From: Antechinus flavipes
Taxonomy: Eukaryota
DNA length: 64,000 bases
Assembly: GCF_016432865.1 (NCBI RefSeq)
Contig: NC_067398.1
Span: forward strand, 117,490,001 to 117,554,000
Direction: 5' to 3'
A program made the position numbers and the translations under genes. Below, piece by piece: positions 50,701-62,111 of this stretch. Under the pieces are notes generated by a model. It saw only the letters and a list, made by a program, of their open reading frames with translations, made no database searches and had not been told where the DNA came from. Positions within the stretch are counted from its first letter, which is position 1. The number at the start of each line of letters is the position of its first letter.

Positions 50701-52963
50701 TAATTAAAAAAATTTTATAATAAAGTTGAGAAAAAATAGAGGGAAAAAACACAGAAAATAAGGAATTGCCTCATTATTGGAAAAACTTCTAGCTGAATAT
50801 CTTCGAGGGGAAGTTTCCTGTTGCACTGCCCATGATGCTCTGTCATCATATACTTCTGTACTGATTTTTTCTCTTCCCCTCTCAAATGCTCTTCCTCTTG
50901 AAACTTATTTCCTTATAAACTCAGCCAGTTTCTGTATGAGGCCTCCAAGCTACTAAAGCTTCTCCACCTCCACACAGTTTGTATCTGATTTGTTTATTCC
51001 TATAAGTACATATATGTTGTGTTCCCAGTTGGAATATAACCAAAGGCTGCAATAGATACAGCCTTAAAGCTATCTCCACCGAAGGCTCCTGTGAACCCAC
51101 AACTGTTGTAGGCAAGGAGCTCAACCTTGCTTCCTAAAGTCATGAGGACCTGAGTTCAGATCTGGTCTCAGACACTTAAAACTTCCTAGCTGTGTGACTC
51201 TGGGCAAGTCACTTAACCCCAATTGCCTCAGCAAAACAAAACAACAACAATAACAAAAACCTCTGCAATCCAGCAATACCAGTGCAAGGCTATATCCCAA
51301 AGACATCCAAAGAATGGAAAAGGACTTATCTGTACAAAAATATTTAGAGCAGCTCTTTCTGCAGTGGCTAAGAATTGGAAATAAAATTGGGGGATGGCTA
51401 AATAAGCTGTGGTATATGATTGTAATGTAATAGTATAGTGCCATAAGAAATGACAAGCAAGATTATACCAGACTTAAATGAACTGATGCATAGTAAAGTG
51501 AACAGAAGCAAGAGAACATTTGTACAGAGTAACAGCAATATTATTTAATGAACTGTGAATAACTTAGCTATTCTCAACAATACATGATGAAGCATGTTTT
51601 CCACCTCCAGAAAAAAATGATACTGAATACTAACTGAACCATGCCGTTTTCCACTTTAATTTTTTTCCTTTCGAGTATTCTAGTACAAAGTGACTAATAT
51701 GGAAATGTTTTACATAATTGCTTCACATCTATAACTTATATCTGATTATCATTTCAGGGAGGAGGGAAAGAAAGAGAGAAAAAGGGTTGTATCTGGACTC
51801 AAAACCTTAAGTAAAAATGTTTTAAAAAAATTAAAGATGACAAAAGTCTAGAAGTAAATGACTTGTCTACATAGTTCAAGTCATGCCAATGGGGAAATCC
51901 CACCCAGAGATTTCTTCTCTTCCTGATCTTATCCCACTTTATTGTTTTCAATAATTCTATAAGCGTCACGTGATCTGTGTCAACAAATGGGTAAAGTGAA
52001 ATGTTTAAAAGGATTAACTGAAGGCTGCCATGGTCCCCAGGAAAACTCTGTGAGAACTCAGCTCCACAGTAGCATGTGAAATAATTTAGTTATTGGTGGT
52101 CAATTACTAACAGGCAAAGAGGGCTACTGACAACTGTAAGCAAAAATATGGAGGTGAGAAAGCATGAATGTGTTAAAGGAATGACAAGAGAATGCTGATG
52201 CTCAAAAGTGGAGAGGAGGGCAGAAGAGAATTCCTTGATAATTCAGTTCTATACAACCCAATTTTAGTGCTAGCCAGTGCCTTGCCCCTCATGCATCGCT
52301 TCCTTGCAGAGGAAGGACTCATTGTGGGTACCTGTTCCAGCTCCTCTCCTGGGTACAGCGGGAAGGGGTCCTGGGCCAGCCGGATCTCCAGGTCTGCATG
52401 ACGAAGTCGCACTTGCCCAGTAGCCACATCAAACAGCACAGAGCCCACTTTATCTCGGGCTACAGGGTTAGCTACAATGCAGTAATGTCGTGGTGGGACT
52501 GTCACCATCCGTGCCGGGGCAAACAGCACCCTGGGGAACAGAGGGAAAGTAGGAGGGATCGCCGCGATCTTCCTCTAAGCCTTCCCACCCAGCCCGACAC
52601 AGCCCCGAGAGGTAAGCTCAGTGCTTCAGATAACGAGTGTTCCAGCAAGGAACACAGGCCTCCAATCGACCAAAAGCTGTCTGCCTGCCACATTCTGGCC
52701 CGAATGAGGTTTACTCTTGCCTGGACATGAAGACAGAATGAGAGACCTGGAGAGCCTGATCAACAAGGTCTATCCCTCCCTGCCCCAGACTTGCCTTTTT
52801 CTCTGCCTCTCTCCTTTTCAGGACTCAATACCAACCTTTCATTGTCCTGCCGGATGTAGGTCTTGGGTCCAACCTCCACCCGGGACACGTTGCTGTTCTG
52901 GTCAAGCACATGGATGAAGTGGTATGGGGGAATTCGGATGATGGAATCTCCCTTATTTGCCAT
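29324..52963 (-). CDS. MVP: MVP major vault protein, 869 aa
   Basis: 14 coding exons: 52963-52836, 52530-52332, 44569-44446, 43995-43864, 43376-43282, 42673-42437, 42357-42076, 39346-39102, 38996-38799, 38012-37626, 37104-36988, 30632-30506, 30079-29891, 29473-29324 = 2610 nt ORF; vault repeats, SPFH-like shoulder, cap helix. Confidence 0.98.
29891..30079 (-). CDS. MVP: MVP coding exon 13
   Basis: [15 protein letters not shown]...[12 protein letters not shown]. Confidence 0.97.
30506..30632 (-). CDS. MVP: MVP coding exon 12
   Basis: [42 protein letters not shown]. Confidence 0.96.
30955..31160. repeat. AT-rich degenerate minisatellite
   Basis: ~5 copies of a unit containing tatattttaaaaga. 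Confidence 0.8.
31160..34900 (+). mobile_element. Nested, decayed L1-family sequence (old L1 ORF2/3' end interrupted by a ~2.5-kb element at ~31821-34345)
   Basis: L1 ORF2 3'-like text breaks at ggaaatcaatt (31820) and resumes at ttggaattatg...tgccctttgaccca (~34347); insert begins ggggagggtggagccaag and has ORF1-like remnants. Confidence 0.6.
33180..33214. repeat. (TA)n microsatellite
   Basis: direct observation. Confidence 0.9.
36107..36690 (+). mobile_element. 5'-truncated marsupial L1 3' end
   Basis: ggaatattactgttctataagaaatgaccagcagg...G-rich tract...A tail. Confidence 0.88.
36988..37104 (-). CDS. MVP: MVP coding exon 11
   Basis: [38 protein letters not shown]. Confidence 0.96.
37626..38012 (-). 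CDS. MVP: MVP coding exon 10
   Basis: [28 protein letters not shown]...TNSQEAAA. Confidence 0.97.
38799..38996 (-). CDS. MVP: MVP coding exon 9
   Basis: [16 protein letters not shown]...LQLQLAYN. Confidence 0.97.
39102..39346 (-). CDS. MVP: MVP coding exon 8
   Basis: [23 protein letters not shown]...YDYREKKA. Confidence 0.97.
40035..40310 (-). pseudogene. Old 7SL (SRP RNA) retrocopy
   Basis: Minus strand follows 7SL along its length including S-domain (gatcaggtgttgacactaagttc ~ GATCGGGTGTCCGCACTAAGTTC), ends in A-tail. Confidence 0.75.
41491..41712 (+). mobile_element. Short L1 3' end insertion with 15-bp TSD
   Basis: TSD aagagccagctcact at 41476-41490 and 41713-41727; A-rich tail. Confidence 0.92.
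42076..42357 (-). CDS. MVP: MVP coding exon 7
   Basis: [11 protein letters not shown]...[12 protein letters not shown]. Confidence 0.97.
42437..42673 (-). CDS. MVP: MVP coding exon 6
   Basis: [13 protein letters not shown]...[12 protein letters not shown]. Confidence 0.97.
43282..43376 (-). CDS. MVP: MVP coding exon 5
   Basis: [31 protein letters not shown]. Confidence 0.97.
43864..43995 (-). CDS. MVP: MVP coding exon 4
   Basis: [33 protein letters not shown]...RVT. Confidence 0.97.
44446..44569 (-). CDS. MVP: MVP coding exon 3
   Basis: [16 protein letters not shown]...WLFEGP. Confidence 0.97.
46032..46798 (+). mobile_element. 5'-truncated L1 with 16-bp TSD
   Basis: TSD aagattttgagttcca at 46016-46031 and 46799-46814; ORF2 end and 3'UTR. 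Confidence 0.93.
47113..47507 (+). mobile_element. L1 3' end insertion with 14-bp TSD
   Basis: TSD aaaagttgatcatt at 47099-47112 and 47508-47521. Confidence 0.9.
50328..50619 (-). mobile_element. L1 3' end insertion with 14-bp TSD
   Basis: TSD ttaaacaagatttc at 50314-50327 and 50620-50633; poly-T head. Confidence 0.9.
51135..51258 (+). mobile_element. 5'-truncated WSINE1-like SINE
   Basis: gaggacctgagttcagatctgg..cagacactt..cttcctagctgtgtgac..aattgcctcagc(aaaac)n. Confidence 0.8.
51270..51830 (+). mobile_element. Older L1 3' fragment
   Basis: aataagctgtggtatatg...gaactgatgcatagtaaagtgaacagaagcaagagaac. Confidence 0.7.
52332..52530 (-). CDS. MVP: MVP coding exon 2
   Basis: [17 protein letters not shown]...[10 protein letters not shown]. 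Confidence 0.97.
52836..52963 (-). CDS. MVP: MVP first coding exon
   Basis: caccATG; [42 protein letters not shown]. Confidence 0.96.
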
Positions 52964-54153
52964 GGTGACTTCAGAGTCAAGATGGCCGGAATTAGGAGTG
53001 GTTAATACAGGATCTCTGGTGTGGGGAGAAAGAATACAAATGAATGATAAACTGTACATATTTTTTGATCCAGCAGTGTCTCTCCTGGATACTGTCTGTA
53101 TCCCAAAAGATCACCAAAAGTGAAAATAACCCTCACATGACAGTATGTTTGTAAGAATTCAAAGTACCATAGGGACCATTATCTTTTAATATTACAAGGG
53201 CCATCATGTGGAAGAGGCAAAGATTTGACTTGTTTTGTTTGGCTCCAAAGGAAGGAATGAGGAGCCACAGCCACGTTCAGGAAAGCATATTTTAGTTTTA
53301 AGTAAAAACTCCTTAGCAATTAAGAATTGCTCAAAAGAGGAATGGATTATTGCAGGAGGTAGGTGACTCTCCTTCAGTGCAATTCTTCCAGCTGATGACT
53401 ATTGGTTGGGGATGTTGTCCAGGAAATTCCTGTTCAGGTATGGATTAGATGACCACTGACTCCTAATTAGCCAAAGACTTAAACTCTCCCAAGCCTACTC
53501 TTAGCTAGTCCAATTTCAAGTTTTTAAAATAATAAAGTATGCAAAATTCTTCTCTACTGTTTTATTTCATGGAGGTGATCTTGGTTCTTGGTTCTGCCAA
53601 TAAACCTTAAGTTCTGGAAAGCTCTGCTATACTAGAAAAGCTTCCTGTACAGTTTTGGTGACAGACTGAGTACCAAAGTAGCTACTACATATACGAAGGT
53701 TCATCACCAGCTGGTTGCCCACTAAGTGACAAGATTCTCTGGCAAGTCAACCTCAAAAGAGAAAATAAACATTCTTGTGTGGCTGCCTCACATAAATACA
53801 CTTATAGACGAGTGATAAAAAAGGGGGCAGGAGCTGCTAAGAAACACAACTTTTAAACTTAAAAAGATGAACTCAAGAAGATATTCTAAATGTGGGATTT
53901 TGTGTCCAATGGCAATGACTTGAAATACTTTTGGTTAAGCTGACTCATATTATATAGTGATAGTCTCACAAATGAAAACAAAAGTATTAAGCTAATGGGA
54001 AGGATAGCAAATATATTCTCGGAAAGACAAACGAATCAAAGAGATTGTTTCACTGGGTGCCCCAAAACAACTAAAAATAAAAATTTCATGGGATACTTGG
54101 TTATATCATCTTGTAGATGCTCTTAACGAGGATAAACAAAAAAACATTTAGAG

Positions 54154-54344
54154 CAGGGGTCCTCAAACTTTTTAAATAGGGGGCCAGTTTACTGTCCCTC
54201 AGACTGTTGGAGGGCTGGACTATAGTAAAAACAAAAACTTTGTTTTGTGGGCCTTTAAATAAAGAAACTTCATAGCCCTGGGTGAGGGGGATAAAAGTCC
54301 TTTGCTACCGCATCTAGCCCACGGGTGTAGTTTGAGGACCCCTG
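54154..54344. mobile_element. hAT MITE (191 bp), OC1/OposCharlie1-like
   Basis: Perfect 16-bp TIR CAGGGGTCCTCAAACT; 8-bp TSD ATTTAGAG at 54146-54153 and 54345-54352. Confidence 0.93.
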
Positions 54345-54438
54345 ATTTAGAGGGTGGGATAATCAATACATTGACATCCACTGCAGACATGAACTTCAAA
54401 CTAAGCCAATAGAAACTTTGATATTTGGTGACTTCATT

Positions 54439-54854
54439 GTAAAAGTAGATACTGAGAATGGCATTCAGGTTGAAGAAATTAAAATGATTAAAGATTTATA
54501 TCCTATTCTGAAAACTCAGACCAGAATATTATGAATGTTCTCTTCCAAAAATAATTTGAAAGGTGCTGAACATGGCAAATCAATGTCACAAAAATGAAAA
54601 ATTGACTTCCAACAGGAAACTAAGTTTCATCTGAATATCAGCCCACTTTCTTAGCATAGCCAAAGGAAATGTGTCCTGACTATATAAGACCCCCCTTCTT
54701 TCCTGAATGTCAATAAAGAGGGTAACCTCCTTTTCATTAGTGATTTTACTGAGGTAGCCAATCTAACTCACGTTATTATATGTATCACTGTTAATAAACT
54801 AATTTTTCTTGTAGTATATACCTCAGTTTACCTTAGTTGAGTTTACCTGCAACA
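54439..54854 (+). mobile_element. Probable solo ERV LTR
   Basis: TATATAA 54681, AATAAA 54712, terminal ...gcaaca at an abrupt junction with an L1 ORF2 fragment; 5' end uncertain. Confidence 0.45.
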
Positions 54855-55400
54855 ATATCCTTCAACTTTGTTAAAGTTGTTAATTGTTCTAACTGGTTTT
54901 TTAGTTGATTCTCTAGGGTTCTCTAAGTATATCATCATAACATCTACAAAGAATGATGATTTTGTTTCTTCACTGCCTATTTTTATTCCTTTAATTTTTT
55001 TTCTGGTTTCTTTGGCACAACATTGAATAATAATGGTGATAATGGGCATCCTTCCTTTACCCCTGATGTTATTGGGGAAACAATGTTTATACTCATTACA
55101 GGTAATGCTTGCTCTTAATTTTGGATACTACTTATTTTTAAAAAGACTCCATTAATTTTTATGCACTATTTTCCTAATAGTGAATTAGTTCTGCAGTCTT
55201 AATATAAATTCTATGTGGGCAGTGTATGATTTTTGTGATATATTACAATAATCTCTTTGCTAGTGTTTTAATTTAAAATTTAAAAATTATGGAAATTGGT
55301 CTATAATTCTTCTCTTTTTCCCCTTCCTGGTTTAGATATTGGAACCTTATCTGTGTCATAAAAGGAATAACAGGATACCTTCTTTACCTATTTCTTTTTT
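54855..55400 (-). mobile_element. Decayed L1 ORF2 (RT region) fragment
   Basis: Minus-strand translation ...FVDVMMIYLENPRESTKK...INNFNKV resembles L1 RT LFADDMIVYLENP. Confidence 0.8.
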
Positions 55401-55485
55401 TCTACTTGTGAATTCATCTGGTATTGGGGATTTTTTCTTAGGGATGGCTTGGTTCAATTACTTTTTTTTTAAAGATAGGGTTATT

Positions 55486-55630
55486 GGGGCAGCTAAGTGG
55501 CACAGTGACTAGAACACCAGCTTTCATTCAGAAGGACCCGAGTTCAAATCTGACCTTAGACACTTAACACTTCCTAGCTGTGTGACCCTGGGCAAGTCAT
55601 TTAACCCCAACTGCCTCAACAACAACAAAA
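55486..55630 (+). mobile_element. WSINE1/SINE1-like SINE
   Basis: ggggcagctaagtggcacagtg...gagttcaaatctgacc...(aac)n tail. Confidence 0.85.
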
Positions 55631-55834
55631 ATTTTTAAGTTATTTAAGATTTTATTTTTTCTTTTCTTAACCCAGTTAATTTATATTTTTGTAAATAGTC
55701 ATCCATTTAACTGAAATATGCCAATATTGGCATATAATTAGATAAAATAACTCCTAATTGTTGCTTTAATTTTATTTTCATTGGTGGTACATTCACCCTT
55801 TACATTTGATATTAGTAATTTTGTTTCTTTTTAA

Positions 55835-56675
55835 ATTTTTTTTTAAATTTAAATTTTATTTTATTTAATAATAACTTTGTATTGACAGAATCCATGCCAG
55901 GGTAATTTTTTACAACATTATCCCTTGCACTCGCTTATGTTTCGTTTTTTCCCCTCCCTCCCTCCACCCCCCCCCCAAGATGGCAAGCAGTCCTATATAT
56001 GTTAAATATGTTGCAGTATATCCTAGATACAATACATATTTGCAGAACCGAACAGTTCTCCTGTTGCACAGGGAGAATTGGATTCAGAAGGTAAAAATAA
56101 CTCGGGAAGAAAATCAAAAATGCAAATAGTTCACATTCGTTTCCCAGTGTTCCTTCTCTGGGTGTAGCTGTCTCTGTCCATCATTTATCCATTGAAACTC
56201 AATTAGGTCTCTTTGTCATAGAAATCCACTTCCATCAGAATACATCCTCATACAATATCGTTGTCGAAGTGTATAATGATCTCCTGGTTCTGCTCATCTC
56301 ACTTAGCATCAGTTCATGTAGGTCTCTCCAAGCCTCTCTGTATTCATCCTGCTGGTCATTCCTTACAGAGCAATAATATTCCATAACATTCATATACCAC
56401 AATTTACCAAGCCATTCTCCAATTGATGGGCATTTTCCAGTTTCAAGCCACTACAAACAGGGCTGCTACAAACATTTTGGCACATACAGGTCCCTTTCTT
56501 TGGGATATAAGCCCAATAGAAACACTGCTGGATCAAAGGGTATGCACAGTTTGATAACTTTTTGGGCATAATTCCAGATTGTTCTCCAGAATGGTTGGAT
56601 TCGTTCACAACTCCATCAGTGTCCCCGTTTTCCTGCATCCCCTCCAACATTCATCATTATTTTTTCCTGTCATTC
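55835..56675 (-). mobile_element. 5'-truncated L1 (ORF2 end + 3'UTR)
   Basis: Reverse complement of same L1 3' end family as 46032-46798. Confidence 0.9.
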
Positions 56676-57404
56676 CTTTTTAAATTTTTAAAAATAAAAT
56701 TAGATACAGCGATAGAGCACCAGCTCTTAAGTCAAGAGGACCTCAGACACTTAATAGTTCCTGGCTGTGTGATCCTGGGCAAGTCACTTAATCCCAATTG
56801 CCTCAGCAAAAACCAAAACAAAATACAATTAAAAAGATCAAATTAACCATTTCCCCCACAAAAGTAGTTGCACTTTATTTATTTGCTCACTTTCCATTTT
56901 ATTAATTTCTTCTTTGATTTTCAGGATTTCATTTAGAGGTTTAATTAGGGATTTTTAATTTGTTCTTTTTTCTAGGGCTTTTTTCCCCCTGTATGCTCAA
57001 TTTATTCATATGCTCTCTCTTATATATTTAGAGACATAAACTTTCCCCAAGTATTGCTTTGGCTACATTTCAAAAGTGGGACAGAAGTCTTTCTAAGAGA
57101 CAAGGAGGAAAAGAGAGGGGTTGATCCCTGGAATTCCCTACCTGGTCAGAGGGGGCAGGAACTACTTCACAGGGGAAGAAAAAAAAAAAAGACTCCTAAT
57201 AGGTTTTTCTCCTTCCACTTTCTCTCTCTTTTCTGAGTGCTGCATCCTTAATACCAAAATAATCTTAGACACAACTGATGGTTCATGAAGGGAAGATTAG
57301 AGTAATGAAAAGATGGCTAGATTTTATAGATTCAACGTGTTAGCTTGAATCCTCATTTACTATGTGACGTAACTTCTCTAGAATTCGGTTTTCTCATCTG
57401 TACA

Positions 57405-57950
57405 AAAAGGGAATTTATAAGGAAATCATAAAGAAATGAAAAGGCACATGTGTAAAAATGTGTGTAGCACCTCTTTTTTGTGATAGCAAAGAATTGGAAA
57501 AAGAGTAGATGCCCATCAATTGAGGAATGACTGAACAAGTTGTGGTATATGAAGATAATGGAATATTATTGTTCTATAAAAAATAATGAACAAGCTGATT
57601 TTAGAAAAGCTTGGTAAGATTTATACGAACTGATGCTGAGCAAAACAAGCAGAACCAGGAATACACTGTACACAATAACAGCAAGAATGGTTGATCAACT
57701 CTGAAAGACTTGGTTCTTTTCAGGGTTCAGTGATTCAAAGTAATCCCAATAGACTTTGGACAGAAAATGCCATCTGCATCTAGAAAAAGAACTAGGGAGA
57801 TTGAATGTAGATCATTACATGTTATGCTCATTTCTTTTTTGTTTTTTAAAATCTTTTTCATGGTTTTCCCTTTTGCTGATTTTTTTTCTCCCAACATGGT
57901 TCATAAAGCAATATGTATTAAAAATAAATCAAAACAAAAAACAATAGGTT
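57405..57950 (+). mobile_element. Older L1 3' fragment
   Basis: tgtggtatatgaagataatggaatattattgttctat...gaactgatgctgag. Confidence 0.78.
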
Positions 57951-58445
57951 AAACTAGATGACTTCTAAGGTTTTTTTTCCCTCCACCTCTAGGATCACAG
58001 GTCACTTTCTCTGTTCAAAAGTCTTCAATGGTTTCATACTAGTAAAGCCTAAATTCCTTCTTGTTATTCAAGGCTTTTCACTATCTGGCAGCAGCCCAAA
58101 TATGCATTACTCATTCACTACCAATCCTTTGCTTATAGTTTCCTATGCCCAGAATGCCTTCTCTGTCCCTTTTAGGCTGTGAATCCCCATTCCTCCATTA
58201 ATGCCCATCTCAAAGATAATGAAAATTGTCTTCGTTTTACCCCATTTTACCTCAATTGTCCTCCTTGAGTTTCACATGGCACTTCATTAGTGCATTCATA
58301 TTGAAATATTGTCTTCTTCTGGAATATCTAATAGCAAACTATGATGCTAAGGTTCACAGGCTCATAGATTTATTATTGGAAAGGACTTCTGAGGCTATGG
58401 AATTCAACCCTCACATCTGACAAGTGAAGAAACTGACACACGGGA

Positions 58446-59051
58446 TATGGAAATGGAATAAACCACACTATCTTATGATAAGTCTGGATCTGACTCATTT
58501 CCCTTTCTATTTATTTATGGGTTTAGTCCAATTTTTCTTGTGAAAAAACTTTATTGCATTACTATTTACTTTTGTATTACTTAAACCTAGCCCTTCATTA
58601 CTGGGAAGCTGGACTATCTCTATGTGCTGCTTAGAGACCCTTAACTAAGGACCAAGTTATACTAACCAGAAACCCAGTCAGACCTGAAGACTGATCCAGT
58701 ATCGGTCCAAGAGTTATTGTTTCCTTTTTCCTTTGATTGAATATAGACACTTGGGGCAGGGGGGAAACCTCTTTCCCTGATTTTAGGAAATTGTACCCAT
58801 TCATTCTCCCCTGCCTAGTTTAAAAAACCCTTAATCTTTCTTCCAATTAAAAATCAGATTACCTAATCTTGAATCCTAATTTATATCCTGTTGTTTTCTT
58901 TTACTATATTTCCCTTCCATTTAGGGTCCAGGGTCAAGCTGGGGAGGTCTGGTTCTGATCTGGTATGCAACTGACATGCTTTGCTTAATAAAGTGATATA
59001 CTTGGAAGTTCAAACCTTTGTTTTCTGAGTTATTTCAGGTTTCGCCCATCA
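58446..59051 (+). mobile_element. Probable solo ERV LTR
   Basis: ~600-bp unit with AATAAA 58987 and terminal ...ttcgcccatca; no TSD found. Confidence 0.5.
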
Positions 59052-61300
59052 GTGTTTTAATGAAACAAGCCAGAATCAGGAAAGGATTCAGGACTCTCCC
59101 TTTCCCACCAGGGGACTTCTTAGCTTTGCAGAAGACTGCTCCAAAGGTCAAACTTCCCTATCAATTTCAAATTATTTTAAGTTAAGAATCACCCCTATAC
59201 TGTTGGGAACCATTTATTCCGCCATCTTGCTGAGGAAGAGATACTCCCTTTACGCCCATCATAAGACAGCCTAGGGTCACATAGCAAATAAATGTCTGAA
59301 ATACCCTCATTTTCATCTGCTCAGGACATCTAGAATTATACGTCCCATAGACTTTTTAAACTCAATCTTTCTCTCCCCTCTCCTTTTACTAATTTACCTT
59401 TTACTATGAGGTATAACACTATTTCTCATCCCCTCCCACTCTAGTAAATCCTGTACTCAATCATCAAAATGATTTTTCTAAAGTACAAGTGTGACCTCCT
59501 TCCCCCAATTCTAATGGTTCTATTCCAATTCTAGTTTTATTTCTTCCAGAGCTCCTCTGTTTGGCTTCTAAGGACCTTCACAAACTACTTCCTACCTTTT
59601 CAATCTTCTTTACTCACTTCTATCTCATTTTAAAATTCAGTAGACACTGACCTCTTTCCTGTTCCTTGAACAAGACACTCACCTCTGGAACTTATGCTTT
59701 TCCCCTGGCTTTTCCCATTGGTCTGGTATGCAATCCTTCCTACCTGTCTCCTGGCTTCCCTAAAAGTTTCACAAGGTCTTTTCCAGTCCTCCTTAATGTT
59801 ACCTCCAATTTACTCTGTACAGTTGTTTTTATGCTACCTGCCCGAGGAATCTCTCAAGATCAAGAACTTTTCCCCCCAATCGTATCTAGAGCACACAGTA
59901 TTTGCACAGAATAGGTATTTTGTGTTTCTTAACTCCCAATCAACTTAATCTTTTTTGCTGGGTCAGCTCTCTCCCCCTCTGTCTCGGTGACAAGGACACA
60001 ACAGGTGTTTTATTAAACTTTTGTTGAAAGATCCATGAACTTCTTTTAATAGTACCTTGTTTATAACTTTCCTTTGAGAGATATTACATCCTATCTACCT
60101 CATCCTTACATTCTACATATTTGGGGACACCTGATAGCATTTATGTCAATATGCTTTTATTTCTGGGAGCAGGCAGTTCCGTTTAAAAACCCAACAAATA
60201 ATTATTACAGCTAGCAATAGCTTTTTATAGTTACTATATAACGAAGAATTACCCTGTGAGGAAAATGCAATTAATTGAGCCTGAGAGGTGTACCCAGGCT
60301 CACATAACTATTAATCTGAGGCCAGATTTGAACTCAGGAAGTTCCCACTTCTACCTACTACACCTTAGTGGCAATAGGTCAGACTACTAAGATTTGTCAG
60401 TGAAAAACCCTTGAGAAACCTGTTGAGATTGTGGTGAAGACTAAGCGTCAGAAGATCAGGAATATAATTTTTTCCTCTTTCATCTGCAAAAGGAGAGTTA
60501 TAATCTCTAAGGCCCCTCCGAGGTTCCAGTTACATGATTTCTAAAGGCCCTTTCGATTTCCAGACCATGGGTTTCACTTCCTGCTTTTCCTCTGATCTAA
60601 TCCAATATGAAAACCAGAATGAGTCACAGATTAAGCCCCGATGAAAAGAGTGGGTCCAGAGACAACACTTGGCTTGGAGGCCTTGGGCCCTGATTGTGGG
60701 CCAAAGATTGATAAAGGAAACTGTAAAATTAGAGCAGAGGAGTATTCTAGAGGATTTCCTAACATCACCCTGAACTCTACAAACTCATACAGTTATACGT
60801 ACAAAAGCACGAAGTGACAATCTCCCTAGTCAGCTCCATTTGGGGCCAAGTTTAAGAGGAAGAAGTTGGTTGGGATGACTGCTAAAATCAGCCCTGAGGC
60901 TGACCCCAAACGCGGACCCCCTCCTAGGAGAGGGACGAGAGGAGCTTGATGGGCAGACAGTGCATTCCTTCTCAGTCTGGTCGGTATAGAGTGCCAGGGA
61001 GGCAAGTGCAAAAGTCCCAAGGACGGAGAAGGGGAGCAGCATTAAGCGGGGGCCTTAACCGCAGGGGACTGCTCTTCTACTGCAAGGGCCGGGGCGATGG
61101 GCACTCCCAGTAGCGGGCCATTTTTACAGACCGGGCAGGCCGGGATTTCTCCTTGCACCCCCAAAGCCCCTTACCCACTCCTTCAGGAGACCTTTCCAGA
61201 ACAGTAAAGCACTGCCCCCGCGATGGTATCGAATCCATTACAGGGAGGGCTAGGGCATTAGCCAATGGTGGGAAGGGGAGAAGGAGCGGGGGCAACTCAC

Positions 61301-61400
61301 CTGGGTTAGCCCCTTCCCCGCTGCTACTTGCTACGCTTTTCTCCGGCCTTCCGGGCACTCCCAGGATTGGGGTCACAGAGACGTCAATCCTCCCACCCCG
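61301..61400 (-). other. MVP: Probable MVP non-coding first exon (TSS approximate)
   Basis: Strong donor cag|gtgagt at 61300 in CpG-rich region; candidate acceptor ccacaccag| at 53015 before MVP ATG. Confidence 0.55.
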
Positions 61401-61923
61401 CCCCGCCCAGCCCCAACAGGCTCTTAAGGAAAGTAGGGGGGGAAGAGGGCCGTCTGAAGCAGGAGCCGGAGGAACACTTACGAAGGGGTCTCCGAGTCAC
61501 CGGGTAAGAGGTGCGTTCTGCGCTGCCGACGTTTCATGCCTTGAGAGTGGCAGAGCCTCCCCCGCCCGCCTTCTCCCAGCCTGCTTTTATAGACTTCCTG
61601 GCAGCACCAGCCGGGACCGGGCAGGGGTGGGACCCGAGCATTTAAAGGGCCCACGGAGAGAGGGGCGGGGAAAGGCGCTGCCTCAGCCGGGTTCCCGGCT
61701 GTTAAGGGCTCCACTTCCCATACACATGATTTTGGGAGTCTGGGAGGAAGAGCCAAAGTTTTGGTCGTGAGTCTCAGTAATCCAACTCCCGAGGAATCCT
61801 GGGGCTGGCTTATCCACCTCCACGGAGGGGAAGGGGGAGGGAACGGCAAAGCCGCCGAGCGTGTGCTTTCTCCGCCGTAATCGGAGCAGAGAGAGGGAAG
61901 TGCCGAGGCAAAGCTGCACAGTC

Positions 61924-61929
61924 TTTATT
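61924..61929 (-). terminator. PAGR1 polyadenylation signal
   Basis: AATAAA on minus strand ~180 nt after stop. Confidence 0.75.
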
Positions 61930-62111
61930 TAGATACTAACTATTGGTATAAAAAACCTAGGACGTAACTGCGCGGTTACAAAGACACAACCGGCGAAACG
62001 CGCTCGGCTCCACCACACTGCTTTCCTCTGGGCGCTAGCTCCTTAGCCAGCCGGCCTCGTACCAAGCGCGCTCGCGTTCTGGGGGGCTTCGGAGGGGAGC
62101 CTCCTGGTCCG

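Larger units (their letters stand above)
61250..62100 (-). promoter_or_regulatory. MVP promoter / CpG island
   Basis: GC boxes ~61397-61408, CCAAT on minus 61366-61370, TGACGTC ~61380, GAS-like TGCCCGGAA 61349-61357. Confidence 0.6.

Noticed and set aside
29324-61400. Searched for a vault RNA, tRNA or snoRNA gene near or within MVP
   Set aside because: Only SINE-derived pol III A/B boxes and a decayed 7SL copy were seen; no credible intact RNA gene.
61153-61770. 205-aa plus-strand ORF in the MVP promoter
   Set aside because: TTG start, CpG-island composition with few stop codons, no recognisable motif.
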